DNA of 64,000 nt from Planctomycetota bacterium. GTDB taxonomy: Bacteria > Planctomycetota > PLA2 > JAEUHO01. Positions 18,356 to 28,405 of the stretch are shown here, piece by piece (position 1 is the stretch's first letter; the number at the start of each line of letters is the position of its first letter). The notes beneath the pieces were generated by a model. That model saw only the letters and a program-made list of their open reading frames with translations, was not told the origin of the DNA and made no database searches. Location of the stretch: NCBI GenBank assembly GCA_965223505.1, contig CBDCWP010000040.1, positions 174,336 through 238,335 of the forward strand, written 5' to 3'. A program made the translations under genes and the position numbers.

Positions 18356-19627
18356 TTGGAATGGAAACTGACATTGGACGTTCGATCGGGACCCGATGAG
18401 GGCCTGCGGTTCCAATACGTCATCAGGAGTGAGATCGTCTTCGGGCGCGAGGGCGAGAAGGACGCCGAGGGACTGCGCCCCTCCGACCTGCGCGTCAGTC
18501 GCAAGCACCTCACCCTCGCGCCCGACGAGGCCGGTGTGAAGGCCGCAATGCTCAGCTCCCAGCGCAGATTTCTTCACAACGACCGCAAGGTGGGGGAAGC
18601 AACGCTCGTCGACGGCGATCGCATCCGCTTGGGCGCCAGCACCTATGCCGTCGCTCTGCGACGCATGGGCCGCGACGACGAGGAAGGACCCGACCCGACG
18701 GCACTCGCCGCCGAAACGACAACCGACAACATCACGGTCAACGCGCTGAGCGATCTCGAGCTGCTGGATGAGATCGGCCGCGGGGCCATGGGCCGGGTGT
18801 TGCGAGCGCGCGACAAGGCAGGGCGAAACCTGTGCGTCAAGCTCGTTCGTCAAGACTTCAGCGATCCCAAGTCCACGGATGCCATCGTCCCCTTCTTTCT
18901 GCGCGAAATGGACCTGCTCGGCGCGCTCGTCCATCCCAACATCGTGCGCACGCTCTACGCCGGCCCTGCGGAGGGCGAGATGTACCTGGGGATGGAGTGG
19001 GTCGACGGGCGTAACCTGGAGCAGGAAGTGACGGTCGCCGGCAAGCTCCCGCTGCTGGACGGGTGCGCCGTCGGACGACAGCTCCTGAGCGCGCTGGTGT
19101 GTGCCCACGAGCACGACGTCGTTCACCGCGACGTGAAGCCCGACAACGTCATGATTCGCGGCGAACGGGGCGCATTACACGCGATCCTGATCGATTTCGG
19201 CCTCGCTCGCATCGTCGGCGAGGCCGGTGACGAGGGTCTCACGGCGACGGGCGAGGCGCGTGGGTCCTACGCGTACTCACCGCTCGAGTGTCTGGCTGAC
19301 GCCAAGCGTGCGAAACCACCTGCGGATCTGTTCGGCGCCGCGGCAACGCTCTACTTCGCGCTGACGGGCTCGCCCTACTACGACGAAGAGCTCGCCGCGC
19401 AGGGGATGCCCAACGTGTTCGGCGGGAAGAGCATCGTCCCGCTTCGCGAGCGCCGCGACGACGCGCCCGAGAGTCTCGCAAGGGTGATCGAGAAAGGGCT
19501 CGCGATCGAGCCTGAAGATCGGTGGTCGTCAGCGGCGGAGATGCTCGAGCGCCTGGTCGTTGCGGAAGGGGAAGTGCTGCGCGCCTCCGCCAATACCAGT
19601 GAAGCTGCGAAGGGCGTTCAGCGATAG
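18356..19627 (+). CDS. FHA-domain Ser/Thr protein kinase
   Basis: FHA (FGR...VSRKH), IGRGAMGRV, VK, HRDVKPDN, DFG, YSPLE; probable TTG start after GAGG. Confidence 0.88.
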   Translation: MEWKLTLDVRSGPDEGLRFQYVIRSEIVFGREGEKDAEGLRPSDLRVSRKHLTLAPDEAGVKAAMLSSQRRFLHNDRKVGEATLVDGDRIRLGASTYAVALRRMGRDDEEGPDPTALAAETTTDNITVNALSDLELLDEIGRGAMGRVLRARDKAGRNLCVKLVRQDFSDPKSTDAIVPFFLREMDLLGALVHPNIVRTLYAGPAEGEMYLGMEWVDGRNLEQEVTVAGKLPLLDGCAVGRQLLSALVCAHEHDVVHRDVKPDNVMIRGERGALHAILIDFGLARIVGEAGDEGLTATGEARGSYAYSPLECLADAKRAKPPADLFGAAATLYFALTGSPYYDEELAAQGMPNVFGGKSIVPLRERRDDAPESLARVIEKGLAIEPEDRWSSAAEMLERLVVAEGEVLRASANTSEAAKGVQR

Positions 19628-21459
19628 CCGCGAAGGAACCGCAGCACCACGTCCGACCGGATTGCCATGCCGAAGGTCTCCGCGCCGCCTCCCCCACCGG
19701 TGACCGGCGACCGGGAGTGAACACCGACGACCTCGCCGTCCATCGACAGGAGCGGGCCCCCGCTGTTGCCGCCGAAGGAAGACGCCGTGTGCTTCACGTC
19801 ACCCGTCACGAAGCGAATCGTGCCGAGAGACGCGGAGAGGTCCGATCGGCCGGAGTCGATGACACGGGCACCGAGGGGGAAGCCGAGCAACATGACCGCG
19901 TCGAGGTTCTTCATGGTGGTCGGATCACGCTTGATCGGAATCGGCGTGAACCCGGATCCGCTGAGCCGCAACACGGCGAGGTCGCCGTCCGAAACGACCT
20001 TGTGGGTGCGGATGCGCACAGTCCGTCCGCCGAAATCCTTGTCGAAGCGTCCGGTCCAGTCGTCGGTCGCGACGCCTAGCAAGCGCAGGTTGCCGCGACG
20101 CGCGGTGTTGAACCCCGTTTGGGTGTTCGGCGGTAGGTTGCTCGAGTCCAGAAACGAGGTGTCTGCGGGCCACGCGTAGATCTCGGTGTCGGGTCGTGCG
20201 TTCGGGAACCGCGCCAGCAGCGCCTGTGCGTTCTCGTCGAATTTCCAATCCTCGACCACGTGCTTGTTCGTCACAAGCAGGCCGCTGGAGGTTGCGAGCC
20301 AGCCAGTGCCCCACCCCGCTGTTCGTACCGGTGAACCATCGCGATTCTGAACGCCGTTGAACGTCGTGACGGTGTAGATCAGGAATACCGAGCGCTTGTA
20401 GCGCTCGAGCAGCTCCGCGAACCTCTCTCGCTCGCTCGCGTTGGCCTCGGCGAGCGCCCTCTTCAACTCGGCTTGCTGCGCCTCGAGCGCCCGCTGGAAG
20501 CGCTCGCGTTCTCTCTCGAAGCTATTGCTGAAGCTCGCTCTCATTTCGTCGAGCTGAGCCATCAACTTCTCGCGCTCGGCTTTGTCCTTCGCGCGATCCT
20601 CGGCATGGCGCCGCTCGACCTCGGAGAGCTCTCCGGAAACCTCCGAGACCTCGCCGGACACGTCGGCGATTTCGGCGCGATCCTGCTCCCGTTCCTCTGC
20701 AAGCATGTCCAACACGGAGTACCCAGCGACGATCAGACCGGCGCAGGCCAGGCCGACAAGGGCAAGAGTAAGCGCCTGGTTCTTCCGGCCGCTCTTGATG
20801 ACCTCACGCTTGAGGGTTTGTTGGCCCACACCGACCTTGGGCACCTCTTTCGGCGGCGCTCCGCGTGCGCCCAGAACGCGTACGGGCAGTTGCTGATCGC
20901 CCACCTCCAGGATGTGTCCGGTCGCGATATCGTCTTGCCGAACGGTCGCGTCACCGCCGGCAGGCTCGGCGACGATGGGATTGCGGTCGAGGTGAACGGC
21001 GAGGCCCGTGCGGCCTTCCCGGGCCTGGGCGCCCTCGAGCAAGAGTCCGTCGCGATCTAGCGCGATGCGGACCTCGTCCCGGTCCGCGGCCGCGAGGAAG
21101 CGGCCGGGGTAGGCCTTGGGCTCGACCACGAGCCACGTGCGTGGCGGAGAGTCGATGCTCGCCTGCAGAAGCGCGGCGGGTCCGCTGGCGCCGAACATGA
21201 TCCAGTCACCCTTGTGGACGGCCGTCGTGGTGTTGGGCTGGATGCGGCGACCGTTGACGAAGGTGCCGGTCGTGGAGCGTTCGTCGCGCACGAACCAGGC
21301 GCCATCGACCTGTTCGAGGGTCGCGTGTGTGCCCGACGAGGTCGTGTCCTTGGGCGTGAGGCGAATGTCGTTCTTCGACGCCCGCCCCACGAGCATCTTT
21401 TCGGAGCGTAGCTGAACACGGTTCCCGGCGAGACCACCGGAGCAAAAGGCCAGGTACAT
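19618..21459 (-). CDS. FHA-TM-coiled-coil-trypsin-like serine protease
   Basis: FHA (VGR...SGTHA...STTGTFVNG), TM, coiled coil, catalytic TNKHVV / DLAVL / GNSGGP. Confidence 0.85.
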   Translation of the reverse strand: MYLAFCSGGLAGNRVQLRSEKMLVGRASKNDIRLTPKDTTSSGTHATLEQVDGAWFVRDERSTTGTFVNGRRIQPNTTTAVHKGDWIMFGASGPAALLQASIDSPPRTWLVVEPKAYPGRFLAAADRDEVRIALDRDGLLLEGAQAREGRTGLAVHLDRNPIVAEPAGGDATVRQDDIATGHILEVGDQQLPVRVLGARGAPPKEVPKVGVGQQTLKREVIKSGRKNQALTLALVGLACAGLIVAGYSVLDMLAEEREQDRAEIADVSGEVSEVSGELSEVERRHAEDRAKDKAEREKLMAQLDEMRASFSNSFERERERFQRALEAQQAELKRALAEANASERERFAELLERYKRSVFLIYTVTTFNGVQNRDGSPVRTAGWGTGWLATSSGLLVTNKHVVEDWKFDENAQALLARFPNARPDTEIYAWPADTSFLDSSNLPPNTQTGFNTARRGNLRLLGVATDDWTGRFDKDFGGRTVRIRTHKVVSDGDLAVLRLSGSGFTPIPIKRDPTTMKNLDAVMLLGFPLGARVIDSGRSDLSASLGTIRFVTGDVKHTASSFGGNSGGPLLSMDGEVVGVHSRSPVTGGGGGAETFGMAIRSDVVLRFLRGYR

Positions 21460-21704
21460 GGGTGGGATCCTAGGAGAGTGGACGTCGGCGGCCAAGCGCG
21501 CCGTCGTCGACTGCGGTCGTCTTGGTGCCTGCATCCCTGAATTGGGAAGGCCGGAAGGGAGAATCACCCCAGTATTGGGAGCAGACGACTACTCTGCCGG
21601 CACGTCGACGACGAGGCGGGTACCGACCGTGGCTGCGTGAACGTCGGCATCCATGGCACGGACTTCGAGGCCGCTCCAAAGTGGATCCCGACAGTGAGCA
21701 CGAG

Positions 21705-24700
21705 TCACTCGTCCTTGACGACCACTCCCAGGTACGCGCCAGCCGCGGCCCATCCCCGCGATTCCCTGGCCGAGGCGACGAGCAGGCCGTCGCCACTCTT
21801 CGCCGCAATCATCTGAACTCGCAGGAATCTCGTCTCGCCGGCCGCAAGGCGATCGATGATCCGCTTGTGTTCCGCATCGCCGACACCTTCCAACCCCGCA
21901 TCACCTCGGACGGAATAGACCACGTCTCGCAACTCCAGCGTGCCCGTGTTCTTCACGGCCAGCAAGGCCGCGAACATCTCGCCCTTCTTGACCGCCCCCG
22001 GAGCCTCGATGTAGGTCTGCAGTTGTAGCGTCTTGGGACGACCGCGCGTGACGAGATGTTCAGCCTTCTTGGCCACTACGTCCATGTACACGCCGGCCGC
22101 GGCCCAACCTCGCTCTTCACGTGCCGAGCCATTCACGCGCCAAGTGCCCTCCTCCTTTGCTACGAATGAGACTTTCAGAGTGCCACGGCCTTTGAATTCC
22201 TCGAATCGTGTAACTGCATCCGATGGATCAGTCACGAGTTCGAGTCCCGTCCCTCGCGCTGCGAGGGTCACGCTGGAGAGAGGATAGAGTTTGTTTCTCA
22301 CAGTGAACACCACCTCGAACGGTCTCCCGACGACGACCGTCGCAGGACCATCGGCTTCCATCTCCATGGCCCACGTGACGCCCCGCGCCGTGTCTGAGGG
22401 CGGACCCGGATTGCTTGGCAACGAAACGACAGGGCGAAAACCACCCCCACCACTGGACGTATCGGGGGTGTACCTCCCGCGAACCGCCGCACGAACGCTC
22501 CAGGGACCATAGCCGAACGAACCTCCACGCATGACGCGCAGCGTGCCCGTGGGCGGCCCGCCGGGATCGACCAGATTCGAGCTCGCGTAGTAGGTCTCTG
22601 AAAACCAGTCGGAGCACCACTCGTACAAGTTCCCCAGCATGTCGTGAAGACCAAAGCCGTTGGGGAGGTGGGACCCCACGGGCGCCGTGTCGCGGAAGCC
22701 GTCGTCTCCCGGAAACGCCAGTCCGGGAGTGTCGGGACTCTCCTCCTTCGTCTTTGCGTCGAGTCCATTCGCATACAGATGGGCCTGCTCGTCACTCGCA
22801 CCCCAAAAGCACTTCGTCGTCGTTCCTGCACGACACGCATACTCCCATTCGGCCTCCGTGGGCAGGCGGTAGGTGGCGCCCCTTGGTCTGTCCCAGGGGT
22901 TCTGAGAGTTGAGCCACGCAAGGTAGCAGTCACCCTCTCCGTCTCCTTGTGGACCGGCGATGTCTTCATGGCTCACTCTGGCGACCGGATGATCGGCTCC
23001 ACTCCGGCTGTCGTTCTTGTCGTGATCCGGCCTCCACGCCCGATACTGAGCATTCGTCGTCTCCGTGGTCTGCATGTAGAACGCCCTCGTGATCGTCACG
23101 TCATGGGCGGGATCCTCGGCCGTGAGCCACTCGGCCTCGACGTACGCATCTTCCGCCATGATCTTCTGACGCTCCGCGTCCGAAGAGCCCATCGTGAACT
23201 TGCCCGGCGGGATCAGGACGAAGCACATCCCCAAGTCGTTCCCCCACGCGACCGGCACACCCAACCACGCAGCCACTCTCTGCTGCTCCACACTGACCTT
23301 CGCCCATTCGGGCACACTCGACGTATCGCGGATCGGCAGCGAGACGACGAGGCGAAACCCCTTCTCCGAGTCAGCGTACGCGTCGCCAAGAAACCCCAGT
23401 CGCGCTGCGGCCGACATGTAGCGCGGCGGATCTCCGTAGCTCGCGCCGCGAACGAGCCGCCCCCCTTCGGCAGGTCCGCGAGGGTCCCCTGCGGGCGACG
23501 CGGCGTAGTACGCTGGGTCGTACCGGTCAGCACACCACTCGGACGCATTGCCGAGCATGTCGTACAGGCCCCAGGGGTTCGGTAGAAACGATCCCACAGG
23601 TGCAGTCACGACGTGTCCGTCCTCCTTCGGAAACACCGGGCCGGCGACGAGCTGTGACTTCGTGCTCTCGATCCACCTCTTCGTCTCGGGGTCGAGGCCG
23701 TTGGCGTAGCGGTGAGCGTCTTCGTCGCGGTCACCCCAGAAGTACTTCGTCGTCGTCCCGGCGCGGCAAGCGTACTCCCACTCGGCCTCGGTCGGCAGGC
23801 GGTAGGTCACACCCTCCGGCCCGCTCGTCCACGCTTGCTCGTTCAACCAACGCAGGTAGAAGGACTCACGACTACCGTCGGCACTACCGGCAATGTCTTG
23901 GTAACTGACCCGCACGGCGGGCTGGTTGTCGCCGTTCAGGCTGTATCGCCCGTCGGACCCGCTGTCATGAGCGCCGTTCCAAGTGCGGTACTGTGCATTC
24001 GTCGTCTCGGCCATCTGCAGGTAGAACGCGCGGGTGATGGTCACCTCGTGCTGCGGCCGCTCGTCCTTTTGGCTCCCCGGTTCCGACACCGGTGCGCCCA
24101 TCTTGAAGCTCCCCGGCGGAATCAGGACGAACCGCATCCCGATGGCGTTTTCCCAGGCCACCGGAACGCCGAGTCGCTTCGCTTCGTCCTTCTGCTCGTC
24201 GCTGACCTTTGCCCACGTGGGTGTCTGGTCATTCTTCGAAAGCGTCACGCGGACCACCAATTCGCCTCTCAACTCATCCCCGTCCTTGACCTCTAGCTTG
24301 ATCGCAACTTCGCCTTCATTCTCGTACGTGTGCTTCCATGTGAAGGGACCTGCTCCCTCACGAACGCGCTCGCCGTCGATGAACAAGACGTCGGTCCTCC
24401 GGCCCGTCGAGACCGTTCCTCGCACTTCGACCGCCATGGTCTCGACCCGACTCCCGTCCACCGGGCTCGTCACCTCGACTGCCGGAGGCGACTTCCATTT
24501 GGCAATCGCACCGGACAGCGCTTGGGGAATGTCACCTGCCGCAACCCCCTGCTTCCGTGCTTCGGTCAGCTGAGCCTCGGCCTCTTCGATGTCGCCGGTC
24601 TCCAGCGCCGTCAGCGCCGCTGCCAGCGGCGCCTCCCACGGTTTCGACGCGGGCGCGTAGGTGACCGTACGTTCGACGACCTCTGAACGATTCCCAGCCG

Positions 24701-25949
24701 CGTCCACCGCTTCCAGACGTACCACGACAGTCTCGCCGTCTCTCAGCGTCCGCCGGACCGCGAACGCGCCGTCCATGAGCGCTTCGATCTGCTCTACACC
24801 GTCCACGAGGAAGCTCGCGAGGTGCTCGTCGACGACGGTTCCCGAAATCACGACGTCCGGACCGTCGACCGTGACGGCGGGCCCCTTCGGATTGGTCAGG
24901 GTGATGACCGGCGCCGTCGTGTCCGACACTGGATCCGGGGATTCAGGTCCCGGTTTCTCCATCACGGTGCCAATGGGTTTCTCGGAGGTGGCACTGTCGA
25001 ACACGCCGCCGAAGTGGAGCCCCGCGCCGATGAGCATGGCCAGCGCCGCGATGAGCAGCGGCCACCGCCGTCGGCCCCCGGCGGACGTCCCGACGCTCGA
25101 TGGCGGGGCCGGTCGACGCGCGCCTTCCCCGAAGGCCTTCGCGAACGACGCGCAGTCTTCGTAGCGCTCGTCGCGGTCGAGGCTCAGCGCCTTCTCGATC
25201 GCGTCGGCGCACCCTTGTGGAACTGAGTCGACACGGTCTCGTACCGAGGGCGGCGGTTGCACCAGCTTGAGGTTCGCGGTCTTGAACGGGGTGCGTCCCG
25301 CCAGCGCCGCGTAGACGGTGCACGCCAACGCGTACTGATCGGCGCGGGCGTCGATGGTATCGGCGCCGGCACCCTCGACGATCTGCTCCGGGGCCGCATA
25401 CCCGGGCGTGAACATCTTCATCTGGGTCGCAGTCATGCCGGCTGTGGTGCCGCTGAGCGCCTTGACGATGCCGAAGTCGGACAGCACGGGACGGCCATCC
25501 GCGTCGAAGAGGATGTTGCCCGGCTTCACATCGCGATGGATCACGTCCACTTTGGCAACAGAGTCCAATGCCTCGGCAACGGGGAGCAGCCACTCGAGCA
25601 CCTGCTCCGGCGTCTGTGTGCCGCGCTTCAGGCGCTCATCGAGGGTGCCGCCCGGCAGGTACGCCATCACGAAGAACGGCATCCCTTCGTGCTCTCCCTG
25701 ATCGGAGATGTAGACGACTCCGGGTAGGTGGCGCAGGCGGATCTGCTGCTTGATCTCGCGCTCGAACTTCTTCTTGAGCGCGGGCGTTACGAGCAACTCG
25801 TCCTTCGGGACCTTGATCGCGACGGAGTCGTCGTCCATGCGGTGATCGACGGCTCGGTAGACGTCGGCCATACCGCCGCCGCCGAGGCGTTCCATTACCT
25901 CGTAGCGGTCGAGCAGTGTCGCTCCAATGAACTCAACCGAGTCGCTCAT
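21705..25949 (-). CDS. Receptor-type Ser/Thr kinase: kinase-TM-Ig-like-(FGE/SUMF1)x2-two C-terminal Ig-like repeats
   Basis: LGGGGMADVY, VAIK, HRDVKPGN, DFG, YAAPE; two RLPTEAEWEYACRAG...N..GL.DMLGN..EWC domains; repeated tail ARE.RGWAAAG.Y. Confidence 0.92.
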   Translation of the reverse strand: MSDSVEFIGATLLDRYEVMERLGGGGMADVYRAVDHRMDDDSVAIKVPKDELLVTPALKKKFEREIKQQIRLRHLPGVVYISDQGEHEGMPFFVMAYLPGGTLDERLKRGTQTPEQVLEWLLPVAEALDSVAKVDVIHRDVKPGNILFDADGRPVLSDFGIVKALSGTTAGMTATQMKMFTPGYAAPEQIVEGAGADTIDARADQYALACTVYAALAGRTPFKTANLKLVQPPPSVRDRVDSVPQGCADAIEKALSLDRDERYEDCASFAKAFGEGARRPAPPSSVGTSAGGRRRWPLLIAALAMLIGAGLHFGGVFDSATSEKPIGTVMEKPGPESPDPVSDTTAPVITLTNPKGPAVTVDGPDVVISGTVVDEHLASFLVDGVEQIEALMDGAFAVRRTLRDGETVVVRLEAVDAAGNRSEVVERTVTYAPASKPWEAPLAAALTALETGDIEEAEAQLTEARKQGVAAGDIPQALSGAIAKWKSPPAVEVTSPVDGSRVETMAVEVRGTVSTGRRTDVLFIDGERVREGAGPFTWKHTYENEGEVAIKLEVKDGDELRGELVVRVTLSKNDQTPTWAKVSDEQKDEAKRLGVPVAWENAIGMRFVLIPPGSFKMGAPVSEPGSQKDERPQHEVTITRAFYLQMAETTNAQYRTWNGAHDSGSDGRYSLNGDNQPAVRVSYQDIAGSADGSRESFYLRWLNEQAWTSGPEGVTYRLPTEAEWEYACRAGTTTKYFWGDRDEDAHRYANGLDPETKRWIESTKSQLVAGPVFPKEDGHVVTAPVGSFLPNPWGLYDMLGNASEWCADRYDPAYYAASPAGDPRGPAEGGRLVRGASYGDPPRYMSAAARLGFLGDAYADSEKGFRLVVSLPIRDTSSVPEWAKVSVEQQRVAAWLGVPVAWGNDLGMCFVLIPPGKFTMGSSDAERQKIMAEDAYVEAEWLTAEDPAHDVTITRAFYMQTTETTNAQYRAWRPDHDKNDSRSGADHPVARVSHEDIAGPQGDGEGDCYLAWLNSQNPWDRPRGATYRLPTEAEWEYACRAGTTTKCFWGASDEQAHLYANGLDAKTKEESPDTPGLAFPGDDGFRDTAPVGSHLPNGFGLHDMLGNLYEWCSDWFSETYYASSNLVDPGGPPTGTLRVMRGGSFGYGPWSVRAAVRGRYTPDTSSGGGGFRPVVSLPSNPGPPSDTARGVTWAMEMEADGPATVVVGRPFEVVFTVRNKLYPLSSVTLAARGTGLELVTDPSDAVTRFEEFKGRGTLKVSFVAKEEGTWRVNGSAREERGWAAAGVYMDVVAKKAEHLVTRGRPKTLQLQTYIEAPGAVKKGEMFAALLAVKNTGTLELRDVVYSVRGDAGLEGVGDAEHKRIIDRLAAGETRFLRVQMIAAKSGDGLLVASARESRGWAAAGAYLGVVVKDE

Positions 25950-26000
25950 TCGACGCACAGGGTAAGGAACACGACGCCCCGCCACCACCGCCAACAGCCA

Positions 26001-26792
26001 CTACTGCTCCGGCAGCCTACCGAAGAACGACGGCGCGCGTCTGATGTCCATGTAAGGCGAAAGTGCGGGAAACAGCGCCCGGCGTTCGTCCTCGCGCTCG
26101 TCCGGATCGGCCACCGTCTCCTTCAACTCCTCCCAAACGGCCTCTGCGAACATGCTGCGCGCGCGAAGGACGATCATGGCCATCTTCTTCGGCGCGATGG
26201 CAAGCCGCTCGCCGAGCTGGGCGTTCGAGATCTCCGGGTCCTTCATCCGCAACTCGAGCACTTGCGCGTTGGTCTCGCTGCGCTCGCGTACGCGCCCGAG
26301 CGCCGCCCCGGCCATGCAGTCCGCCCATTCTTCGCGCAGGCGCTCGCCGACCTGGGATTCCGCTTCGTCGCCCAGCACGTCGGCGAGCGGCTCGATCGGG
26401 ACCGGCTGCCCGCCACTGGGTGCGCGCTTCTTCGCACGGCGCATGGCGATGTAGTCGCGGGTGTGTCGGGCCAGAAGCACGCGCACGAAGCCCCGGAAGC
26501 GGCCGTGCTCGGGCGCGGCGCGGGCCAGCCAGTCCTTGTCGAGGCATTGGAGGAGGAAGCTCTGGACGACGTCCTCCGCCTCGTCGGGCGTGCAGACGCC
26601 GCCGCCACCTCGCCGAAGGAGAAACCGGGCGTAGCGGACCATGGCCGGACGATAGCGAAGCTGCAGATGGCGCCAGGCGTCGCGCCAGATCGTCTTTCGG
26701 GCGGGGTCGGCCAAGGCGCGCACCTGTCCCCACTGGGTGGCGGTCGGGTCCAAGGAATCGGGCTTCGCGGGCATCGCGTCGGTTTTCTCCAT
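26001..26792 (-). CDS. ECF sigma factor of the kinase-associated type
   Basis: N-terminal TQW motif, EAEDVVQSF, GRFRGF; lies directly upstream of a kinase gene. Confidence 0.82.
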   Translation of the reverse strand: MEKTDAMPAKPDSLDPTATQWGQVRALADPARKTIWRDAWRHLQLRYRPAMVRYARFLLRRGGGGVCTPDEAEDVVQSFLLQCLDKDWLARAAPEHGRFRGFVRVLLARHTRDYIAMRRAKKRAPSGGQPVPIEPLADVLGDEAESQVGERLREEWADCMAGAALGRVRERSETNAQVLELRMKDPEISNAQLGERLAIAPKKMAMIVLRARSMFAEAVWEELKETVADPDEREDERRALFPALSPYMDIRRAPSFFGRLPEQ

Positions 26793-27161
26793 GATTCTGG
26801 CGAGCTCGCGTGATTTCCCGAGTCGGCCTCCCATCAAGGGGGTGAGGGCGATCAAGCCCTCCCTACCAAGGAGCACGCCGTGACGACAGCAACCATCTTC
26901 GCAGAGAGCATCGACCCCGCGCAGTCTCTGATTCCCGGCATCGCCGCGACGCCGCGTTCGGCGCCGAAGCAGGGGATCGAGAACCTGCTGGGCAAGACCC
27001 TGTTCGTGCTGTCGGCACTGCCCGTTCTGCCTGGCGCGCTTCTGTTGATCGGGGCGGCCGTTGGGGTCGAGCGCCTCGCGAAGTGGATCCGCTCGGAATC
27101 ATGATCGACCGGCCCGCGCCGTCGCCTCATCCCAAAGACTGTCTGCGCGTAGAGTAGGCCC

Positions 27162-27638
27162 ATGCCGCAAGAGAACGACATCCTGCGTCCGATGCCCGAG
27201 ACCCTCGAGCAGTGGAGGGCGTTCGTCGATGCCGAGGTGTCGGCGGTGTGCGAGCGGAGGGGTTGGGGCCGGCAGGTCCGCAGGAAGTGGGCTGTTCGCG
27301 AGAAGCCTGTCGCCGAGTCGCCGATCGACGACTACGAGTGGAAGTTGATCCCCGACGCCGACGGGCTGCTCCCGCCCTTCGACGTTTCGAAGTTCATCGA
27401 CGGCGTGGACGAGGGCCGGTACTTCGTCCTCGGTGTCGACACGCAAGACGGCGCCTTCGTCTTGCAGCACGACACGCTACACAACGTATTTCGGGGACGA
27501 CAGAACGACACGTCGACGTTCACCCGGATTCCGTTCGAGGCCCTCCGGCACGCCCACCTGAGTGGAAACGGCGACCTCCGCGACTACGTGCTCGACCTCG
27601 TCGAGAAGTTCGAGCCCAACGAGTTCCTCTTGCTGTGA
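27162..27638 (+). CDS. Hypothetical protein
   Basis: 158-aa ORF with protein-like composition. Confidence 0.6.
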   Translation: MPQENDILRPMPETLEQWRAFVDAEVSAVCERRGWGRQVRRKWAVREKPVAESPIDDYEWKLIPDADGLLPPFDVSKFIDGVDEGRYFVLGVDTQDGAFVLQHDTLHNVFRGRQNDTSTFTRIPFEALRHAHLSGNGDLRDYVLDLVEKFEPNEFLLL

Positions 27639-27660
27639 TCAGGTTTCCCGGACTGAGATC

Positions 27661-28017
27661 ATGACCTACCCGCCCACTGGCATCGTCCAAGGGACCCCGC
27701 CCGACATCGCGTTGGAGTGGAAGGGCAACACGCTCCACATCCGTGGCATGCTGACGATCAACGAGACGTATTGGGTCGAGAAGGACATCGAGGAAACGAC
27801 CGGTGACGTCGACTTCGACCTGTCCGAGCTGACGTTCATCGACGACCTCGGACTGGCGTCGCTGATCAAGTGGCAGCGGCACCTGGCGGAGCACGGTGCG
27901 AAGCTGCGTCTGCTGCGTACGCTGCCGCGGATCTGGAGAGTGCTGAAGATCCTCGGCATGCTCGAACTGTTCGATGAGGTCGAGGTGGTTGATCCGGAGC
28001 AAACGCATGAGCCCTGA
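27661..28017 (+). CDS. STAS-domain anti-sigma-factor antagonist
   Basis: DLSELTFIDDLGLASL...RVLKILGM...F; the usual phospho-Ser of DSSG is replaced by DDLG. Confidence 0.8.
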   Translation: MTYPPTGIVQGTPPDIALEWKGNTLHIRGMLTINETYWVEKDIEETTGDVDFDLSELTFIDDLGLASLIKWQRHLAEHGAKLRLLRTLPRIWRVLKILGMLELFDEVEVVDPEQTHEP

Positions 28018-28324
28018 CACACACTCGTCGTCTGAGGAAAGGGACAAGACTCGCACGCTCGTGGTCGGGACCTTCCCCGAGCTCGACTACGGGCAGGTGG
28101 ACTGGGCGAGAGGTCCGATCAGCGTCGGCACGCTGGACATCGATGACGGGAGAGATCCGCTCGAGTTGACAGTGGCGAGAGGCGTGCCCAAGGACGCGGT
28201 GCTTGGCTTCCTGCGGAAGGTGATCCAGATGATCGAACTCTCCGACCGCATGCCGGCGCCTCACAACCCCTGGGTGAAGTGGTTCCGAGAGGAAGAAGGC
28301 GACGGGCGAAAAGCATCGGACTGA
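28008..28324 (+). CDS. Hypothetical protein
   Basis: Overlaps the end of the STAS gene; RBS GGAG. Confidence 0.5.
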
Positions 28325-28405
28325 TCGCGAGACCCTCTGATCTCGGCATCGAGTGGATCTCGCTCGTCGATGAGCGCTCGATCGAGCATCGCGAGGTTGA
28401 TTGTC

